DNA from: Candidatus Sulfobium sp.
GTDB lineage: Bacteria > Nitrospirota > Thermodesulfovibrionia > Thermodesulfovibrionales > UBA6898
Reading direction: 5' to 3'
DNA: 26,102 nt
Assembly: GCA_037380845.1 (NCBI GenBank)
Contig: JARRRI010000030.1
Location: 1-26,102 of the forward strand
The notes under the pieces are model-generated. The model ran no database searches, had not been told where the DNA came from, and saw only the letters and a list, made by a program, of their open reading frames with translations. Made by a program: the position numbers and the translations under genes. This document shows positions 16,350 to 26,102 of the stretch, piece by piece. Positions within the stretch are counted from its first letter, which is position 1. Every line of letters starts with the position of its first letter.

Positions 16350-18053
16350 TCACAACCTTCCCGACCTTATTATCGAAATAATCAGCCAGATACCGAGAAC
16401 AAACGCGATACCGAAGGCCACAAAACCCAACAGAGACATGCCGTAGACCTTCGGCCCTACGCCCATTGCGTGCATAATGGCGGAGCTGAGCAGCATGGCG
16501 CTGATGATCATGCTGAAGGCTATCCGGTTGCTCGACCGGTCCATGTCCTTAATAAGTTTATCAAGTCCGATATGGGTCATTTTTATGTGGATATCGTCCC
16601 TTAGCAGCTTACGGATTATCTGCTTCATCTGCTTGGGGAACAGGATGAAGAAATCGCTGACCTCCACGAAATTCCTTTTGGCCTTTTCATATATACGGGA
16701 AGGCCTTATCCGCTCCTGTAACAGCTTCCGCGCGTAAGGCTCGGCGGCCGCTATGAAATCGAAATTAGGGTCCAGTTCCATGCCGAGGTTTTCGAGGATA
16801 AGCATCGCCTTGTTCACCAGAAGGAGGTCGGAAGGTATCTTGAGTTTATGTTTAATAGCGAGATGCGTCACGGTGTCCATGTACTCGGCGAAATTCAGCT
16901 CTTTGAGAGTAAGGCCGTAGAGGGGCTCCAGGAAGTCAAGGAGGTCGGACTTGAACTCCCTTCTGAACGCCTCGAGATCTGCATGCTCCGGCACGAGGCC
17001 CAGCTCTATATATTGTTCGATAAGCTTGTCAAAATCCTTATGGATAAGGGCAAGGAATGTGTTGGCCATCGTCTCTCTGAGCTGGGGCGTCACCCTTCCC
17101 ACAATCCCGAAATCCATAAAGGCTATTCTTCCGTCCGGCATGGCGAAGATATTGCCTGCGTGAGGGTCAGCGTGAAAAAAACCGTCTTCCAATATCTGTT
17201 TGAAGTATGCGTCTACGCCGATCTTCGCGAGCCGCACGCGGTCCAGCCCGAGGCGTGTAATCCCCTGAATATCATCTATTCTTACACCTTCTATTCTCTC
17301 CATAAAAACGACCCGTTCGCTTGTAAATTCGGCGAATATCTTCGGAATATAGACATCGAGGCTCTTTTCAAAATTCCTCTTGAACCGGCAGCCGTTTCTG
17401 GCCTCTTCGGTAAAATCCAGTTCCTTTCTCACTGTCCTGGTGAATTCCTCGACAATGCCCCTGGGGTTGAAGAAGACGCTTTCAGGTATGTATTTTTCCA
17501 TAAGATTGGCCGCGGTGGTAAGTATGTTGATATCGGTCTCAATCTGTTCCCTGATTCCAGGCCGCTGAACTTTTACTATTGCGTCGCTTCCGTCCAGCAG
17601 CCTGCCCTGGTGCACCTGTGCTATGGAAGCGGCTGCAACCGGAATCTCGTCGAACCAGGAAAAGATCCGTTTTATGGGGAGCCCGACATCCTCCTCCATG
17701 ATGCCTATTGCCTCTTCAACAGGAAACGGCGGCACTCTGTCCTGAAGTTTCTTGAACTCGTCGGAGAATTGTTTGGTGATAAGATCAGGTCTCGTCGACA
17801 GGATCTGGGCCAGTTTAATGAAGCTGGGACCGAGCTCCGCAAAGGCCTTTCGCAGTCTCTCGGGTACGGAGGAACCCTTGAGGGAAGGCCATTGGCCGAA
17901 CGTCCTGAACCTTTTTCGGAAGGGGATAAATCTGCTGAGATGGATCTGATCGATTATGTTTCCGAAGCCGTACTTGAGAAAAACATTGACGATCTGTCGG
18001 ACCCTGTTGACGTTTCTGTAAGTTCTTCTGAAAGTCAGAAGATTGAAGGGCAT
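16350..18053 (-). CDS. ubiB: UbiB/AarF/ABC1-family atypical kinase-like protein
   Basis: ELGPSFIKLAQ, AAASIAQVH, VKVQRP, FFHADPHAGN, DFG; two C-terminal TM helices. Confidence 0.92.
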   Translation of the reverse strand: MPFNLLTFRRTYRNVNRVRQIVNVFLKYGFGNIIDQIHLSRFIPFRKRFRTFGQWPSLKGSSVPERLRKAFAELGPSFIKLAQILSTRPDLITKQFSDEFKKLQDRVPPFPVEEAIGIMEEDVGLPIKRIFSWFDEIPVAAASIAQVHQGRLLDGSDAIVKVQRPGIREQIETDINILTTAANLMEKYIPESVFFNPRGIVEEFTRTVRKELDFTEEARNGCRFKRNFEKSLDVYIPKIFAEFTSERVVFMERIEGVRIDDIQGITRLGLDRVRLAKIGVDAYFKQILEDGFFHADPHAGNIFAMPDGRIAFMDFGIVGRVTPQLRETMANTFLALIHKDFDKLIEQYIELGLVPEHADLEAFRREFKSDLLDFLEPLYGLTLKELNFAEYMDTVTHLAIKHKLKIPSDLLLVNKAMLILENLGMELDPNFDFIAAAEPYARKLLQERIRPSRIYEKAKRNFVEVSDFFILFPKQMKQIIRKLLRDDIHIKMTHIGLDKLIKDMDRSSNRIAFSMIISAMLLSSAIMHAMGVGPKVYGMSLLGFVAFGIAFVLGIWLIISIIRSGRL

Positions 18054-18380
18054 CTATCGGCCTTCCTGTCCCTCCCCCTTTGTGCCTTCCATCTTTGACA
18101 CCCTCGCAGAAAGAGTATCAATCTTCTCGTTCAACTTCCCGATGTCGTCTTTTGTTGACAGGTTCATCTTTTCGAGTGTCTTCACGACCATCTCGTTGAG
18201 ACTCTTGCTCAGGTCCTCGGTATTCTTCTCGAATTTCTCAGACCACTCCCTCACAAGCTTTGCGCCCTGCGATTCACTGAGTTCACCTTTCTTTACAAGG
18301 TCATCAACGAACTCCCTCACCTTTTCCTGTACGCCGAAACCGGCAAGCAGTGCATTTCTTACGACGTCGAACAGTGCCAT
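18054..18380 (-). CDS. Phasin-like (polyhydroxyalkanoate synthesis regulator-like) coiled-coil protein
   Basis: ALLAGFG...VDDLVKKGELSESQG...MNLSTKDDI motif; stop codon abuts the ubiB ATG. Confidence 0.8.
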   Translation of the reverse strand: MALFDVVRNALLAGFGVQEKVREFVDDLVKKGELSESQGAKLVREWSEKFEKNTEDLSKSLNEMVVKTLEKMNLSTKDDIGKLNEKIDTLSARVSKMEGTKGEGQEGR

Positions 18381-18446
18381 GAAAACCCCCTTTGCGAGAA
18401 TTAGCAGGCGGCCGCAGACACCGAGGAGGTAAATCTCCGCGAGTTC

Positions 18447-21077
18447 CTACCGCCCTCCAACTATATCGTATAATGATTCCAGGGCTTTGTCCAGTCTTTT
18501 GATGTCCTTTGTACCGCCCTGTGCGATCTCCCGTTTACCTCCGCCCCGTCCTCCCGCAGCCGTTGCCACCTCCCTGAGAATATCGCCGGCGTTATACCGG
18601 TCAGTGAGGTCCCTGGTAACCATCGCAACGATTGAGGCCTGTTCATCCTTTACCGATGCGAGTACCAGAATCCCGGACCCCATGCCGTCCCTGACCTTGT
18701 CTGCCGTGACCCTCAGATCTTTCGGCTCAACGCCGTCGAGCCTGGAGGAAACGACTTTCACTCCATCCACATCCCGGATCTTTTCCAGGATGGCCGTTGA
18801 AATATCGGCCGCACTCCTCCCCTTCAACTTTTCGATGGACCTCTCCATATTCTTCATTTCGGAGAGGATCTTCTGAACCTTTTCCGCCGGGCGTTCCGAT
18901 GTCTTAAGCAATTCGGATACCTTGCGCAATTCCTTTTCTTCTTCCCTGTAATAGCGAATGGCCTCCCATCCGGTCACCGCCTCTATCCTCCTTATGCCGG
19001 ACGCAACGCTTCCCTCGGACAATATCTTGAACAGCCCTATGTCTCCTGTCGCATGCACGTGCGTTCCTCCGCAAAGCTCGGAACTTACGCCGGGGATGGT
19101 CAGCACCCTGACCATCTCTCCGTATTTCTCACCGAAAAGAGCTATCACCCCACCTTCGATCGCCTTTTTTGTCTCCATCAAGGTGGTCCGGACCTCTATG
19201 TTCCTTATGATATTTTCATTGACCTGATCCTCCAGCTCGTCGCTTGTCCCGTTGCCGAGCGGGCTGAAATGCGTGAAATCGAAACGCAGTCTTTCGGGCG
19301 AGACATAGGAGCCTGCCTGTTTGACGTGCTCCCCCAGTTTGTTTCTGAGGGCGGCATGAAGAAGATGCGTGGCGGTATGATTTCTCATCGTTGCCGCCCT
19401 CTTCTGCCTGTCGACCAGCGAGCGGATACTGTCCCTCCTTTTCAAGGAGCCCTCTTCGACCTTCACCTCATGGATATGCAATCCCTCGACGGGCTTCCTG
19501 GTGTTCACAACGGCAGCCTTCATTTCTTCCGATGTCAGTTCTCCCGTATCGCCCACCTGGCCGCCGGACTCCGCGTAGAAAGGGGTCCGGTCAAGCAGCA
19601 CCTCACCCTCTTCTCCTGCCTTGATTTCCTCAACCACTTCTCCGTTCACGATGACAGCAATAACCGTTGAATCAGATTCCGTTTCGTCGTAGCCCGTAAA
19701 CTCCGTCTTTCCGTGTTGGTCGAAAAGCTCTCTATAAACCGGGGCCCCGCTCATTTCCTCGACGGACCACGATGCCCTCGCCCTGGACTTTTGAATCTCC
19801 ATTTCCCTGTGAAAACCCGCCTCGTCTATAGAAAGACTCCTTTCCGCCGCAACGTCCCTTGCGATATCGATCGGAAAACCAAATGTATCGTAGAGTTTGA
19901 AAAGGTCGTCTCCGGGTATGACATTCCGTCCCTCTTTCTGAATGTCGCTTATTATGTTGTTCAAAAGAGAAAGCCCCTGTTCGAGCGTCCTGTTAAACCT
20001 CTCCTCTTCCAGCCTGAGCATCTTTTCGACCCTCGGCTGCCCTTCAACAAGCTCAGGGTAAGCGTTCCCCATGGACCGAGAAACGCACCTGCAGAGTTTG
20101 TACAGTACCGGCTCGTCTATACCGAGAAATTTGGCGTACCGGGAAGCCCTTCGGATAATTCTTCGCAACACATATCCCCTCCCCTCGTTCGAAGGCGCAA
20201 GCCCCTCTGCAAGCAGAAAGGTTACGGCGCGGATGTGGTCGGCGATCACCCTTATGGCCGTATCGGTCGCTCCACCGGTACCGTAACTTTTGCCGGAGAA
20301 GCTGCTTATGTCGGAAATGATCGGGGCAAATATGTCGGAATCGAAATTATTATGTTTTCCCTGCAGTACCGCAGTTATTCTTTCCAGCCCCATACCCGTG
20401 TCGATGCTGGGCCTCGGCAGAGGAGATAAAGTGCCCGTCTTGTCCCTGTCATACTGCATAAAGACAAGGTTCCAGATCTCCAGGTATCTGTCGCAGTCGC
20501 AGCCCACGCCGCAGTCGGGCTTTCCACAGCCGATTTCGCTGCCCTGGTCTATTATTATCTCGGAGCAGGGTCCGCAGGGGCCCGTGTCGCCCATCTGCCA
20601 GAAGTTGTCTTTGGCCCCCAGCCTCACGATCCTGTCCTTCCCGATATCGGTGAGATCCGCCCACATGCCGGCGGCCTCCTCGTCTTCTTCATACACTGAT
20701 ACCCAGAGGCGTTCTTTCGACAGTCCGAAAACACCGGTCAACAGTTCCCATGCAAAAAGGATGGCCTCCCGCTTGAAATAATCTCCGAACGAAAAGTTAC
20801 CGAGCATCTCGAAAAAGGTGTGATGACGTGCCGTATGCCCCACATTTTCCAGATCGTTATGCTTGCCGCCCGCCCGGAGACATTTCTGGCTGGACGCAGC
20901 CCTCCTGTAAGCCGGCCGTTCGTCTCCGAGAAAAACCGATTTGAACTGTACCATGCCGGCATTGGTGAACAGAAGGGAGGGGTCGTTGGCCGGTATCAGA
21001 GATGAACTCCCTACAACCTCATGCCCTCTTGCCCCGAAGAATTCAAGGAACGATGCCCGTATCTCAGCGCCTGTCAT
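18447..21077 (-). CDS. alaS: Alanine--tRNA ligase
   Basis: LLFTNAGMVQFK, HHTFFEMLGNFSFGDYFK, IDTGMGLER, editing HTATH...ELCGGTH. Start at ATG 21077 (MTGAEIR), just after the upstream gene's stop. Confidence 0.98.
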   Translation of the reverse strand: MTGAEIRASFLEFFGARGHEVVGSSSLIPANDPSLLFTNAGMVQFKSVFLGDERPAYRRAASSQKCLRAGGKHNDLENVGHTARHHTFFEMLGNFSFGDYFKREAILFAWELLTGVFGLSKERLWVSVYEEDEEAAGMWADLTDIGKDRIVRLGAKDNFWQMGDTGPCGPCSEIIIDQGSEIGCGKPDCGVGCDCDRYLEIWNLVFMQYDRDKTGTLSPLPRPSIDTGMGLERITAVLQGKHNNFDSDIFAPIISDISSFSGKSYGTGGATDTAIRVIADHIRAVTFLLAEGLAPSNEGRGYVLRRIIRRASRYAKFLGIDEPVLYKLCRCVSRSMGNAYPELVEGQPRVEKMLRLEEERFNRTLEQGLSLLNNIISDIQKEGRNVIPGDDLFKLYDTFGFPIDIARDVAAERSLSIDEAGFHREMEIQKSRARASWSVEEMSGAPVYRELFDQHGKTEFTGYDETESDSTVIAVIVNGEVVEEIKAGEEGEVLLDRTPFYAESGGQVGDTGELTSEEMKAAVVNTRKPVEGLHIHEVKVEEGSLKRRDSIRSLVDRQKRAATMRNHTATHLLHAALRNKLGEHVKQAGSYVSPERLRFDFTHFSPLGNGTSDELEDQVNENIIRNIEVRTTLMETKKAIEGGVIALFGEKYGEMVRVLTIPGVSSELCGGTHVHATGDIGLFKILSEGSVASGIRRIEAVTGWEAIRYYREEEKELRKVSELLKTSERPAEKVQKILSEMKNMERSIEKLKGRSAADISTAILEKIRDVDGVKVVSSRLDGVEPKDLRVTADKVRDGMGSGILVLASVKDEQASIVAMVTRDLTDRYNAGDILREVATAAGGRGGGKREIAQGGTKDIKRLDKALESLYDIVGGR

Positions 21078-21078
21078 C

Positions 21079-21411
21079 CTATTGCGCAACCCCCGGCTCA
21101 CCGCTGACTATCTCGGTCAGTTTGCCGTCTGTAAAAATCAGCCTGGTTTTCGAAAAAAACATCTTCTTGTAAGTCCACTGGGTCCTCTCTTTCCCGTCCT
21201 CCGGCTCCATTACCCTTATGCTGTCAGGGCCTCCCCAGGCATACCTGACCTGAGTCATGGTCATTCCAAGACTCACCTCCTTGCTCTTAATGTGTTCCTG
21301 GACCGCCGGCGGATATTTCTGTATCTCTTCGGCCGTATACCTTGCCGGGGTGGCGCAGCCGGCCGCAAGAACGACCGCTAGCAATAAAAAAGACAAGAGC
21401 ATGTTCTTCAT
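21079..21411 (-). CDS. Small lipoprotein, SmpA/OmlA (BamE)-like fold
   Basis: Lipobox LAAG/C; LGMTMTQVRYAWGGP...QWTY...LIFTDGKL pattern. Confidence 0.75.
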   Translation of the reverse strand: MKNMLLSFLLLAVVLAAGCATPARYTAEEIQKYPPAVQEHIKSKEVSLGMTMTQVRYAWGGPDSIRVMEPEDGKERTQWTYKKMFFSKTRLIFTDGKLTEIVSGEPGVAQ

Positions 21412-21413
21412 TG

Positions 21414-21884
21414 TCAGACCTCCTCATCGAATTTGAAATCTCTCATCGCCTTCCGGATCACTCCTGAAGAATAACCCCTCCGGGCCAGAAGGTTCCAGAG
21501 CTTTCTCTTTTTCTCCCTCTCCTGAAAATTTTTCATCGACGCCATTTTCCTGCTCAGAAATGTTTCGGCATTTTTGAGTTCCGCCTCTTCATCATAATCG
21601 AGGGCCGATTCGACGACCGGGCGGGACAGGCCCCTCTTCATCATGAATGACTTTGCGCCCTCATAGCCCAGAAGTTTACGTTCGAACGCCTGTCTCTTCA
21701 GATTTAAAGCGAATGCCCTGTCGTCGATGAGTCCGGTTTCCTTCAGCTGCAGCAGCGTGCGGTCTATTATATCCTGCCGAAAACCTTTCCTGTCCAGCCT
21801 TTCACGCAATTCTTTTTCGCTTCTTCCCCTGTAGCCGAGGAGCTTAAGCGCATAACGCCTTGCGTCATTGGCCGAATCTGTCAA
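21414..21884 (-). CDS. recX: RecA regulator RecX
   Basis: ALKLLGYRGRSEKELRERL, GLIDDRAFA, LARRGYS; TTG start overlapping the pilT end. Confidence 0.92.
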   Translation of the reverse strand: MTDSANDARRYALKLLGYRGRSEKELRERLDRKGFRQDIIDRTLLQLKETGLIDDRAFALNLKRQAFERKLLGYEGAKSFMMKRGLSRPVVESALDYDEEAELKNAETFLSRKMASMKNFQEREKKRKLWNLLARRGYSSGVIRKAMRDFKFDEEV

Positions 21885-23019
21885 TTTTCATCTCGTCGTC
21901 CCGGGGCTCTTCGTCATAGGTAAGGTCGCTGGTGGACTGTATCCCCTTCACCTTGAGCGCGAAATCATCAGGGTTTGTCGCCCTCCGCAAGGCCTCTTCA
22001 TAGCTGATGAGTCCTTCCTTGTAGAGTCCGAAAAGGGACTGGTCAAACGTCTGCATGCCGTAATGTATCGTCCCCTGGGCGATCACGTCAGGTATGGCCT
22101 TTGTCTTGTCAGGATCGAGTATGCAGTCTTTTATCGTAGTGGTCGCAATGAGCACCTCCACAGCCGGGACCCTACCCTTCCCGTCGGCCCTCGGAACGAG
22201 CCGCATCGAGATTATACTCTTCAGAACGGAGGCAAGCTGCATCCTCACCTGTTTGTGCTGGTAGGGCGGAAAGACGGAGATTATACGGTTGACCGTCTCC
22301 ATGGCGTCGATGGTATGCAGTGTGCTCAGAACCAGATGACCGGTTTCGGCAGCGGTCAGGGCCGTCTGGATCGTCTCAAAGTCACGCATCTCACCTACCA
22401 GTATGACGTCCGGGTCTTGCCTCAAAGCCGCGCGCAGGGCCTTGCTGAAAGATTCGGCGTCCTGCCCTATTTCCCGCTGGTTGACGATGGACCTCTTGTC
22501 TCTGTGCAGATACTCGATGGGATCCTCGATCGTCATTATATGTTCGGTCTTATTGCCGTTGATATAATCTATCATGGAGGCGAGCGTAGTGGACTTGCCG
22601 CTGCCCGTAGTGCCGGTGACCAGGACCAGTCCTCTCGGCTCCATGGCGATCTTCTTCAGTATCTCCGGAAGGGTAAGATCCTCGATAGTGGGTATTCTCA
22701 TTGGTATGACCCGGAATACGAGACCTATGGTGCCCCTCTGGATAAACACGTTACACCTGAACCGCCCCAGGCCGGGCACGCTGTAAGCGAGGTCGATATC
22801 GTTCTTCTTCTTGAACGTATCCCGCTGCCCGGGGTTCATCACCGAAAAAGCGACCTTCAGGGTATCTTCCTGGCTGAGCCGGCTCCCCGATGACATGGGA
22901 GAAAGATCTCCGTCTATCCTCATTATGGGATATGAACCGACCTTAAGGTGGACATCTGACGCCCCCATGGAGTGCGCTGTCTTCAAGAGCTCATTAACGT
23001 CTATTTCGGTCTCTTTCAT
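21865..23019 (-). CDS. pilT: PilT/PilU-family type IV pilus retraction ATPase
   Basis: GTTGSGKS, TIEDPIE, LRQDPDVILVGEMRD, TGHLVLSTLH, GMQTFDQSL. Confidence 0.93.
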   Translation of the reverse strand: MKETEIDVNELLKTAHSMGASDVHLKVGSYPIMRIDGDLSPMSSGSRLSQEDTLKVAFSVMNPGQRDTFKKKNDIDLAYSVPGLGRFRCNVFIQRGTIGLVFRVIPMRIPTIEDLTLPEILKKIAMEPRGLVLVTGTTGSGKSTTLASMIDYINGNKTEHIMTIEDPIEYLHRDKRSIVNQREIGQDAESFSKALRAALRQDPDVILVGEMRDFETIQTALTAAETGHLVLSTLHTIDAMETVNRIISVFPPYQHKQVRMQLASVLKSIISMRLVPRADGKGRVPAVEVLIATTTIKDCILDPDKTKAIPDVIAQGTIHYGMQTFDQSLFGLYKEGLISYEEALRRATNPDDFALKVKGIQSTSDLTYDEEPRDDEMKIDRFGQ

Positions 23020-23044
23020 GACTCCTCGATCCGCAACCGGTGTT

Positions 23045-24055
23045 TTACAGTTGCGTACTGTTTTTCAGGTTATAAACCTCGATTATCTTTTCCCTGATCT
23101 CGCCGGCAACCGACGCATTGTTTCTCAGGTACTCTTTCACGTTCTCCCTTCCCTGCCCTATCCTGGTACCCCCGTAGCTGTACCATGCACCGGACTTTTC
23201 AATTATTCCCTTTTCCACGCCGAGATCGATAATCTCTCCTTCCCGCGAAATTCCATGGTTGAAATAGATGTCAAATTCCGCCTGCCTGAACGGCGGTGCC
23301 AGCTTGTTCTTTACCACCTTCACCCTGACGCGGCTGCCGATAATTTCCTGGTTCTCCTTCAGGCTTTCTATTCTGCGGATGTCGAACCGCATCGAAGAGT
23401 AAAATTTCAGCGCGTTTCCCCCTGTCGTAGTCTCGGGATTACCGAACATTACGCCGATCTTCATCCTTATCTGGTTGATAAATATGACCGTCGTGTTGGA
23501 TTTTGATATCGAAGATGTCAACTTCCTGAGGGCCTGACTCATGAGCCGGGCGTGGAGCCCCGGGAGGGAATCGCCCATATCCCCCTCTATCTCGGCCTTC
23601 GGCACGAGTGCCGCTACCGAATCTACGACGATGATGTCCAGGGCACCGCTTCTCACAAGATATTCCGCAACCTCAAGAGCCTGTTCTCCCGTATCGGGTT
23701 GCGATACCAGGAGGTCGTCCACCTTTACCCCTATCCTCTTTGCATAGTTTATGTCGAGAGCGTGTTCGGCATCTATAAAAGCGGCCGTACCTCCCGCAGC
23801 CTGCGCCTGGGCGACCGCATTCAGGGCAAGAGTGGTTTTCCCGGAAGATTCGGGACCGTATATCTCAACGACCCTGCCCCGCGGCAGGCCGCCTATGCCC
23901 GTGGCGATATCGAGGGTCAATGATCCGGTAGGGATCGAATGGACACCCTCAACCGCCGTTTCTTCCCCCAGCCGCATGATCGACCCTTTTCCAAAACTCC
24001 TCTCGATCTGCGATATGGCCATTTCAAGGGCCTTGATTTTATCCTTGTTCGACAT
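23045..24055 (-). CDS. recA: Recombinase RecA
   Basis: [33 protein letters not shown]; no intein. Confidence 0.99.
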   Translation of the reverse strand: MSNKDKIKALEMAISQIERSFGKGSIMRLGEETAVEGVHSIPTGSLTLDIATGIGGLPRGRVVEIYGPESSGKTTLALNAVAQAQAAGGTAAFIDAEHALDINYAKRIGVKVDDLLVSQPDTGEQALEVAEYLVRSGALDIIVVDSVAALVPKAEIEGDMGDSLPGLHARLMSQALRKLTSSISKSNTTVIFINQIRMKIGVMFGNPETTTGGNALKFYSSMRFDIRRIESLKENQEIIGSRVRVKVVKNKLAPPFRQAEFDIYFNHGISREGEIIDLGVEKGIIEKSGAWYSYGGTRIGQGRENVKEYLRNNASVAGEIREKIIEVYNLKNSTQL

Positions 24056-24623
24056 CGTTCCTCCCGCCTATAAATATTTCAGCGAGACCGCTGTATTCAG
24101 CTCCCGCCGGTCTGAGTTCACTCTTCATCAAAGTAACCTTGTTGATTTCCATACTGCCAAAACTGGCTGTATCAAAGTTTTCCAGGTTCTTAATCATGCC
24201 GGAAACACCCTTCTGGGAGCGGACTCTCCCGATAGTAAGGTGAGGAGAAAAGGCCCTCTCCTCCGCCCCATATCCGAATTTCAACGTCACAGCGTCCACA
24301 TCTCTCGCCAGTTCCTTCAGCTCCCGTGATTCCTCGATCCCGACCCAAACAACCCTCGGCCGCCTCATATCGGGAAAACATCCGACACCGCCTATTTTAA
24401 TATAAAACGGGGAGTAAGATGACAGTTTCTCCGATAGTGCGCCCGATATCGCAGCAACCAGTGTCTCTTCTGTAGAACCCAGAAATTTCAATGTGAGGTG
24501 GACATTTTCCGGCCGCACCCACCGAATGTCGGCTCCAGATTTCCTGAGGCGCTCCGTAGTCTCTGCCAGCAGCTCCTTCAACGGTGCGGGGATCTCGACC
24601 GCGATGAAACATCTCAAAGCCAT
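24039..24623 (-). CDS. thpR: RNA 2',3'-cyclic phosphodiesterase (2H phosphoesterase, LigT)
   Basis: RCFIAV start and two HxT motifs ([15 protein letters not shown]). Confidence 0.95.
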   Translation of the reverse strand: MALRCFIAVEIPAPLKELLAETTERLRKSGADIRWVRPENVHLTLKFLGSTEETLVAAISGALSEKLSSYSPFYIKIGGVGCFPDMRRPRVVWVGIEESRELKELARDVDAVTLKFGYGAEERAFSPHLTIGRVRSQKGVSGMIKNLENFDTASFGSMEINKVTLMKSELRPAGAEYSGLAEIFIGGRNDVEQG

Positions 24624-25102
24624 AGTCTCAAGGTCTGATCGAGGAACCTGAGCGCATCGAGTGAAGCCGCCAGCTTGATTTCCTCCCTGTCCCCTGTCAG
24701 TTTGACCCCTTTGGATTTTACGAGGTCTTCTATTGCGACCGCCATATATACAAGGCCAACCTCCCTATCCTCCACTGTTTCAGGCCCCGCAACACCCGTA
24801 ACTGAAAGAGCGACCTCGCTGCCGCCGAGTTCCCGGGCCGACCTGGCCATAGCAACAGCCGTCTCCTCGCTAACCGTGCCGTGCTTTTTAAGCAGGGAGG
24901 AACTTATTCCCAGGACTGACCTCTTCGCCCTTGCGGAATACGAGACCACCGACATCTCGTAGAACTTTGAGGAGCCCGGCAGGTTGGTAATGGCATTGGA
25001 GATAAACCCTCCGGTGCAGGACTCGGCTATACTCAACCTGAGGTCATTTTCGGTAAGTCTGGCCGCAACCTTCTTGACAGCTGTCAAAAGATCACTATCC
25101 AT
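24614..25102 (-). CDS. cinA: CinA C-terminal-domain protein (PncC-type NMN deamidase), stand-alone
   Basis: AESCTGG, PGSS, GTVSEETAVAMA, TGVAGP; no N-terminal MoCF domain. Confidence 0.9.
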   Translation of the reverse strand: MDSDLLTAVKKVAARLTENDLRLSIAESCTGGFISNAITNLPGSSKFYEMSVVSYSARAKRSVLGISSSLLKKHGTVSEETAVAMARSARELGGSEVALSVTGVAGPETVEDREVGLVYMAVAIEDLVKSKGVKLTGDREEIKLAASLDALRFLDQTLRLWL

Positions 25103-25542
25103 AGCCTCAGAAGAATGCTGGCGTATATACCGGCCAAGAGGTCGTCCGCCATTATGCCCAGCCCCCCGCTCAGAGATTCATTGATCCGGTTTATCGGAAA
25201 CGGCTTTAGTATATCGAAAATCCTGAACAAAAGAAAGCCCGCAATCAGGAAACCATATGTATGGGGCAAGTAGAAGACTGACACAAGATAACCGACAAAT
25301 TCGTCTATGACAATTCTGGCGCTGTCATGCTCTCCTATGACCACTTCAGCCGTGTCAGATGATATTATCCCCACAACGATTCCCGAAGCTATGACAAGAA
25401 ACTGCCCCATGGGCGACAGGTCAATGAATGTCGCGAACAGCAAACCCACAAAACTTCCCCATGTTCCAGGGGCAAACGGTATGTAGCCGACAAGGCCGAG
25501 GGTGGCCACGTTTTTCATGAGCGAACGGATAAAAGTTTTCAA
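25084..25542 (-). CDS. pgpA: Phosphatidylglycerophosphatase A
   Basis: GYIPFAPGTWGS, IVIDEFVG, FRIFDILKPFPI, GIMADDLLAG. Confidence 0.95.
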   Translation of the reverse strand: MKTFIRSLMKNVATLGLVGYIPFAPGTWGSFVGLLFATFIDLSPMGQFLVIASGIVVGIISSDTAEVVIGEHDSARIVIDEFVGYLVSVFYLPHTYGFLIAGFLLFRIFDILKPFPINRINESLSGGLGIMADDLLAGIYASILLRLWIVIF

Positions 25543-25664
25543 TTTACCCCATCAGAGGGAAGACGTTGTGTAAAACATTAAGATTTTAAGATGCCCCGCC
25601 ACCAACGAAGGTTTATTGGACCCACCTTTTCAAGCTTCATACACTAACACCAAAAGCATGGCTC

Positions 25665-26099
25665 TTATTCTGCCTGCTCCTCAATAATCCTGTAATTAAA
25701 GGATATTGAGGCTGTCCCTTCAAGTGCTGCTTTAACTGAACAGTACTTGTCCATCGAGAGTTGTATCGCTTTTTTCACCGCCTCCTCAGACAGGTTCCTG
25801 CCTTTTAAAATGAAGTCAATATGCAAGTCTGTATATTTCTGGGGATGCTCCTCAGCCTTTTTTCCCTCGACATTTATCTCCAGTCCCGTCAACTTTTCCT
25901 TCTTCTTCCTGAGAATGGAAGCCACGTCCATGCCCGTGCAGCCGCCGAGACCTACCGCCAGCAGTTCCATAGGCCTCATGCCCGTGTTCCGTCCTCCGAC
26001 CCCGGGATCGCTGTCGAGGACTATCGCATGCCCGGAGTCTGCCTGCCCCACGAATTGCAGCCCGTTTGTGTATGTCAGCTTCGCTTTGACTGTGGCCAT
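25665..26099 (-). CDS. OsmC/YhfA-family protein
   Basis: GMRPMELL...GGCTGMDV and KYCSV two-Cys signature. Confidence 0.9.
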   Translation of the reverse strand: MATVKAKLTYTNGLQFVGQADSGHAIVLDSDPGVGGRNTGMRPMELLAVGLGGCTGMDVASILRKKKEKLTGLEINVEGKKAEEHPQKYTDLHIDFILKGRNLSEEAVKKAIQLSMDKYCSVKAALEGTASISFNYRIIEEQAE

Positions 26100-26102
26100 A
26101 TC

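Noticed and set aside
23535..23565. RecA GLHAR instead of GLQAR
   Set aside because: This position varies naturally among RecA proteins (Ala in E. coli).
25610..25626. GGTT...CACC upstream of the recA-containing run as a possible LexA box
   Set aside because: Spacing and internal positions do not match the Geobacter GGTT-N2-C-N4-G-N3-ACC box, and I saw no other known SOS box.

Overview
Gene-dense (about 26 CDS) core-genome window from a diderm bacterium; gene content and synteny suggest Nitrospirota/Thermodesulfovibrionia or a related deltaproteobacteria-like lineage (inference only). It spans the chromosome terminus: a 28-bp Xer dif site lies at 14006-14033, KOPS-type octamers flip polarity around it, and all 12 genes to its right point at it. 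Left of dif are tlpA (partial), trxA, a beta-barrel gene and two convergent operons: tatB-tatC-hypothetical-HEAT repeat-HD-GYP, and secA-GAF/GGDEF-MglA-like GTPase. miaB and mtaB follow. Right of dif are a predicted CC-adding tRNA nucleotidyltransferase, a Zn-ribbon response regulator, ubiB/phasin-like genes, a pgpA-cinA-thpR-recA-pilT-recX-lipoprotein-alaS run and an OsmC-family gene. The best candidate for an undescribed system is the c-di-GMP/MglA/HEAT module, whose HEAT and HD-GYP proteins share an N-terminal domain I cannot name. Two of its genes look damaged: a probable ~38-aa in-frame deletion and a probable 5' frameshift. Five sigma70-type promoters sit directly against SD-less start codons, suggesting widespread leaderless mRNAs. 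No rRNA, tRNA, CRISPR or mobile element was recognised.
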